The position numbers and the translations under genes are program-made. DNA of 64,000 nt from Ranitomeya imitator (taxonomy: Eukaryota). The stretch is from contig NC_091282.1 of NCBI RefSeq assembly GCF_032444005.1, positions 719,200,001 through 719,264,000 on the forward strand, written 5' to 3'. Of the stretch, positions 60,618-64,000 are shown piece after piece. The first letter of the stretch is position 1; each line of letters starts with the position of its first letter. The notes under the pieces are model-generated. The model worked only from the letters and a program-made list of their open reading frames with translations, was not told the DNA's origin and did not search any database.

Positions 60618-61132
60618 TGTAAGGGGTTGACTCACTCAGCTGCTTCACAAGGTAGACACAGCAAATGGTTCTGGTAGTAGTTCCCTTGCTGGTCTGTTAT
60701 GGACAGCATAAAACCTTAGCAGGGTTCAGCAAAGTAAACAGAATCTTTCTGGCCGAATGGTAAGACAAAGGAAAAGCTAAAGTCTATAAGATTCTTTTCC
60801 CTGCAGAGCTCACCCACAGGTAACACACACAATGTCCTCAGTTCCTCCTCTCTCAAAGCATAGCACAGCTTGACTCTCATGTCCAGGTATTTAACAAACC
60901 ATGTGATGATTACATGACCTTCACTTCACACAGGTCCTGTCAGGAATCTGCATTTGGAGATGTGATGGACCTCCTCCCACCTGCTCTATGAAGATCCACT
61001 AAAACCAGCCCATAACATAACTTTCAATTAACCCTTTCTGGAGGCAAAAATATTCTGGTTCTACATCACTGACCTCAACATACCCAGTGACATGTATTTC
61101 CAATCATACGCTATGCCAGTGACTCTGTCACA
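60618..61132 (-). mobile_element. Solo LTR (Gmr1-related, 515 bp)
   Basis: TGT...ACA, ATAT on both sides; homologous to 8742-9499; its end resembles the LTR at 7614. Confidence 0.82.
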
Positions 61133-61152
61133 ATATATATATATTATTTGTA

Positions 61153-62035
61153 CAGTGCTCAGCATAACTGAGTACACCCCTTTGAAAAGTAAGATTTTAT
61201 TTAAGACCTCACTGAACGCAAGAGCAATTTCCAAAATTTTCACAAGACTGAGTTTCATAGAACATTTTTTTAACCCATTGCATGAAAGTAAGGTTATAAA
61301 TTTCATTACAAAACCTTCAGTGTTACTCAAATTAGTTGATGCAAAAGTGAATACTCCCCACATCAAAAACTAATACATTTATTATTTTGTATGACATCCA
61401 ACATTTTTAAGGACAGCACCAAGTCTTTTACGCATGCATTGAACAAGTTGGCTAAATATTGCAACATATATCTTTTTCCATTTTTCAACAGCGACTTATT
61501 TTATTGCCTGGATCCTGGATGGAGAGTAATGCTCATCTTGAATCTTCAGAACTTCCCGTAGGTGTTCAATAAGGTTCAAATCAAGAGCCACTAGGCCACT
61601 GAATCACTTTCACCTTGGTCTTCTTCAGAAATGCAGCAGATGTCTTTTGCATCACTGTCATGTTGGAAAAATGTCCGTCTACCAAGGGCACGGAGTGATG
61701 GTAGCATCTTCTCTTTCACTGTAAAATTCACAACACATCTGTGAATTCATGATGCCATCAATGAAATGTAGGTCTCCGACATCAGCAGCACTTATGCAGC
61801 CAACATAAGGAGACTGCCACCACCATGTGTCACTGTAGGCACCATGTATTTTTCTTTGTTCTCCTCACTTTTGTGACGCCATTCAGTTTTGAAGTTATCA
61901 CTTCAAAAAACATTTTTATTGGTCTCTTTTTGTGCATATTATTTAGGATATGCTTCCTTCGTGGATGACACTTATGTATGCTAGTTCTTTGCAGTATATG
62001 CAGAATTGTGTCACATGAAACCACTCACCCTGGTT
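61153..62035 (-). mobile_element. Truncated decayed Tc1
   Basis: TA|CAGTGCTCAGCATAACTGAGTACACCCC TIR; minus-strand remnants MVPTVTHGGGS and MRKRLGAVLKNVGCHTK. Confidence 0.75.
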
Positions 62036-62586
62036 TGGCTTTCTACTTTAAGTACCAAAAAGGAAACTTGGAGCCCAAGATTCAAAAGGGAAAAAAGCTT
62101 ATTCAGGTAATCAAATATAAAATAAAGATATAATATATATTTTTTAAAAACACCACAAATGGAACCATGGGTGAGTGAACCTGTAAAATAAATAGTATGT
62201 ATATATAAAATGTGTCAAGCGAAAGTGTCACTGAAGCATAATAGTCATGTAGCTATAGTGAATGTTAGTATATACAGTATATCACATAATATAGTAAAAA
62301 GCAATAATATATGCTGCGTGTGTCTATAATGATATATGGGTGAAATATAAGACAAAATGGCTGTACAACACATGAAGCACAAGTATTTTAAAAAAGCTAT
62401 AATAGCAACACAGTCTTAGTACATATTATATCATATTTATATAATATATATCACCACCGATAGACATATATGAAAAAGGTACAAGAGGTATACAAAACAT
62501 CAAAAGAAATAAATACTACAATAACAATTATACCCTCTGGTAAAATCTCAAGGAATAACAAGAAACCATTATGAATAAATAGGACA

Positions 62587-63622
62587 GTGCAAAGTGTAAT
62601 AAGACAAAAACAAAGGGCATTCAAAATCTTGATAGCTGAGAATACTGAAATAGGTCTTTATACTCCTGAAATGCTAAGTAAGAAATGTAAAAAAGAAATC
62701 AAGCTACCAAAGTTATCTACAGAGAAACAAATCACCAATGACATTAAAATAAATCCCAACTTTTTTTTTAAATATATCAATGCCAAAAAGAAAAAAAAAG
62801 TCGACATTAACAAGATAATTACAGAGGACAAAGAAAAGGCTGAATTATTAAACAGGCACTTTTCACCCGTGTTCACCAATGAACTGTCTGTTACAGGGAA
62901 CATTAAACAAGGCAAATCAAAATTCACAGCCTGATATAACTAGTTTAGCACAAAAAGAAGAACATCTACGTCTGAGCAATTTAAACATTTACATATTCCC
63001 TGGCCCATATGGCATTCATCCACAGATACTGAGGGAATTAAGCTCAATAAATGACAGACCACTGTATCTCATAATCTTAGACTCTCTTGTAACAGGGGTG
63101 GTGCCACAGGATTGGAGGATGGTTCACGTGGTACCAATGTTTCAGAAAGGTAAGACGATGGATCCAGGCAACTACCGTCCGGTAAGCCTGACATCGGTAG
63201 TGTGCAAAATTTTAAAGGGCATTATAAGAGATGACCTGCAGAAATAAATTGTAGATAATAATATAATAACTGACAACCAACGCGAATTCATGAAGAATAA
63301 GTCGTGTCTAACTAACATGTTGGGTTTCTATGATCAGGTAGGTGCATATCTGGAATTTGCAAAGGCATTTGATACTGTTCCACATGATAGCCTTATACTG
63401 AAGCTACAGAAGCAGGGATTGGGGGAAACTATATGCAGATAAGTAAGGAATTGGCTAAATGACAGGAAACAAAGAGTTGTCATAAATGGTGCATTCTCTA
63501 AATGAGATATAGTTAGCAGTGGGGACTGCAGGGACCTGTGCTAGGACTGATTCTTTTTAACCTCTTTATTAGTGACCTTATGGATGGGATTGAGAGTAAA
63601 GTGTCAAACTTTGCTGACATGC
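62587..63622 (+). mobile_element. Decayed CR1 ORF2 fragment
   Basis: KFFKYINAKK, FPGPYGIHP, GNYRPVSLTSVVCK, EFAKAFDTV, FADM; multiple stop codons. Confidence 0.88.
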
Positions 63623-63626
63623 TTAA

Positions 63627-64000
63627 CCCTTATCCGGCTGAATAGGTACAATTGTAACTATTCCGTTTTAAAATTGCAATAACTTTTTTTTGAAAAGACG
63701 TAGAGGGCTGAAATTTCGTGACATCTCTACATTTTTGGTCCAGAATATATTGGCCAAATTTCAATAAAATATCTCCACCCGCTTCCGAGATAAGGGGTCG
63801 AGATCTTTTTGCATCCATAACAAGCTGTGGAGGTATATGTGAAGGTACAATTGTACCTATGCAGCCTGTTAAGGTTGTAAAATTATGCAGCCTGACAAGG
63901 GTTAACATGTCACTCTCTGCAAGGAGAAACGATACTTCTTGGATCCCGGTCAGACACCTCTCACTCAGCCAAACCAGATCTCCACTTTGCACTGACAAGG
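63627..64000 (+). mobile_element. Left end of a TTAA (piggyBac-like) element running off the window
   Basis: The CR1 sequence stops at TTAA|CCCTT. Confidence 0.5.

Overview
Eukaryotic, almost certainly anuran (frog) DNA, inferred from the repeat families. It is a dense transposable-element graveyard, possibly inside a large intron. There are no prokaryotic features, RNA genes or CRISPR arrays. Main contents: (1) a Gmr1-type Ty3/Gypsy element (SCAN-Gag, PR-IN-RT-RH order, minus strand, <1-8017) with a 5'-truncated CR1 LINE carrying an intact ORF2 inserted in gag codon 4; (2) a BED-finger hAT transposon (10696-~19362) holding three unrelated ~120-135 bp tandem arrays and a solo LTR; (3) a Tc1 element interrupted by a CR1 fragment and a full-length chromovirus (30513-37110), which itself holds a solo LTR; (4) several more Tc1 copies (one DD35E), many MITEs, L2/CR1 fragments, a V-SINE, solo LTRs and a minisatellite with higher-order structure. 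The most notable signals are a sequence-supported tRNA-independent self-priming site in the chromovirus, apparent 6-bp TSDs in that family, an LTR-promoter/LINE-ORF2/Gag chimera, and a 311-bp insert with an 18-bp direct repeat and a perfect 43-bp inverted repeat. One or two candidate host exons are unidentified. I cannot support a wholly new biological system from sequence alone.
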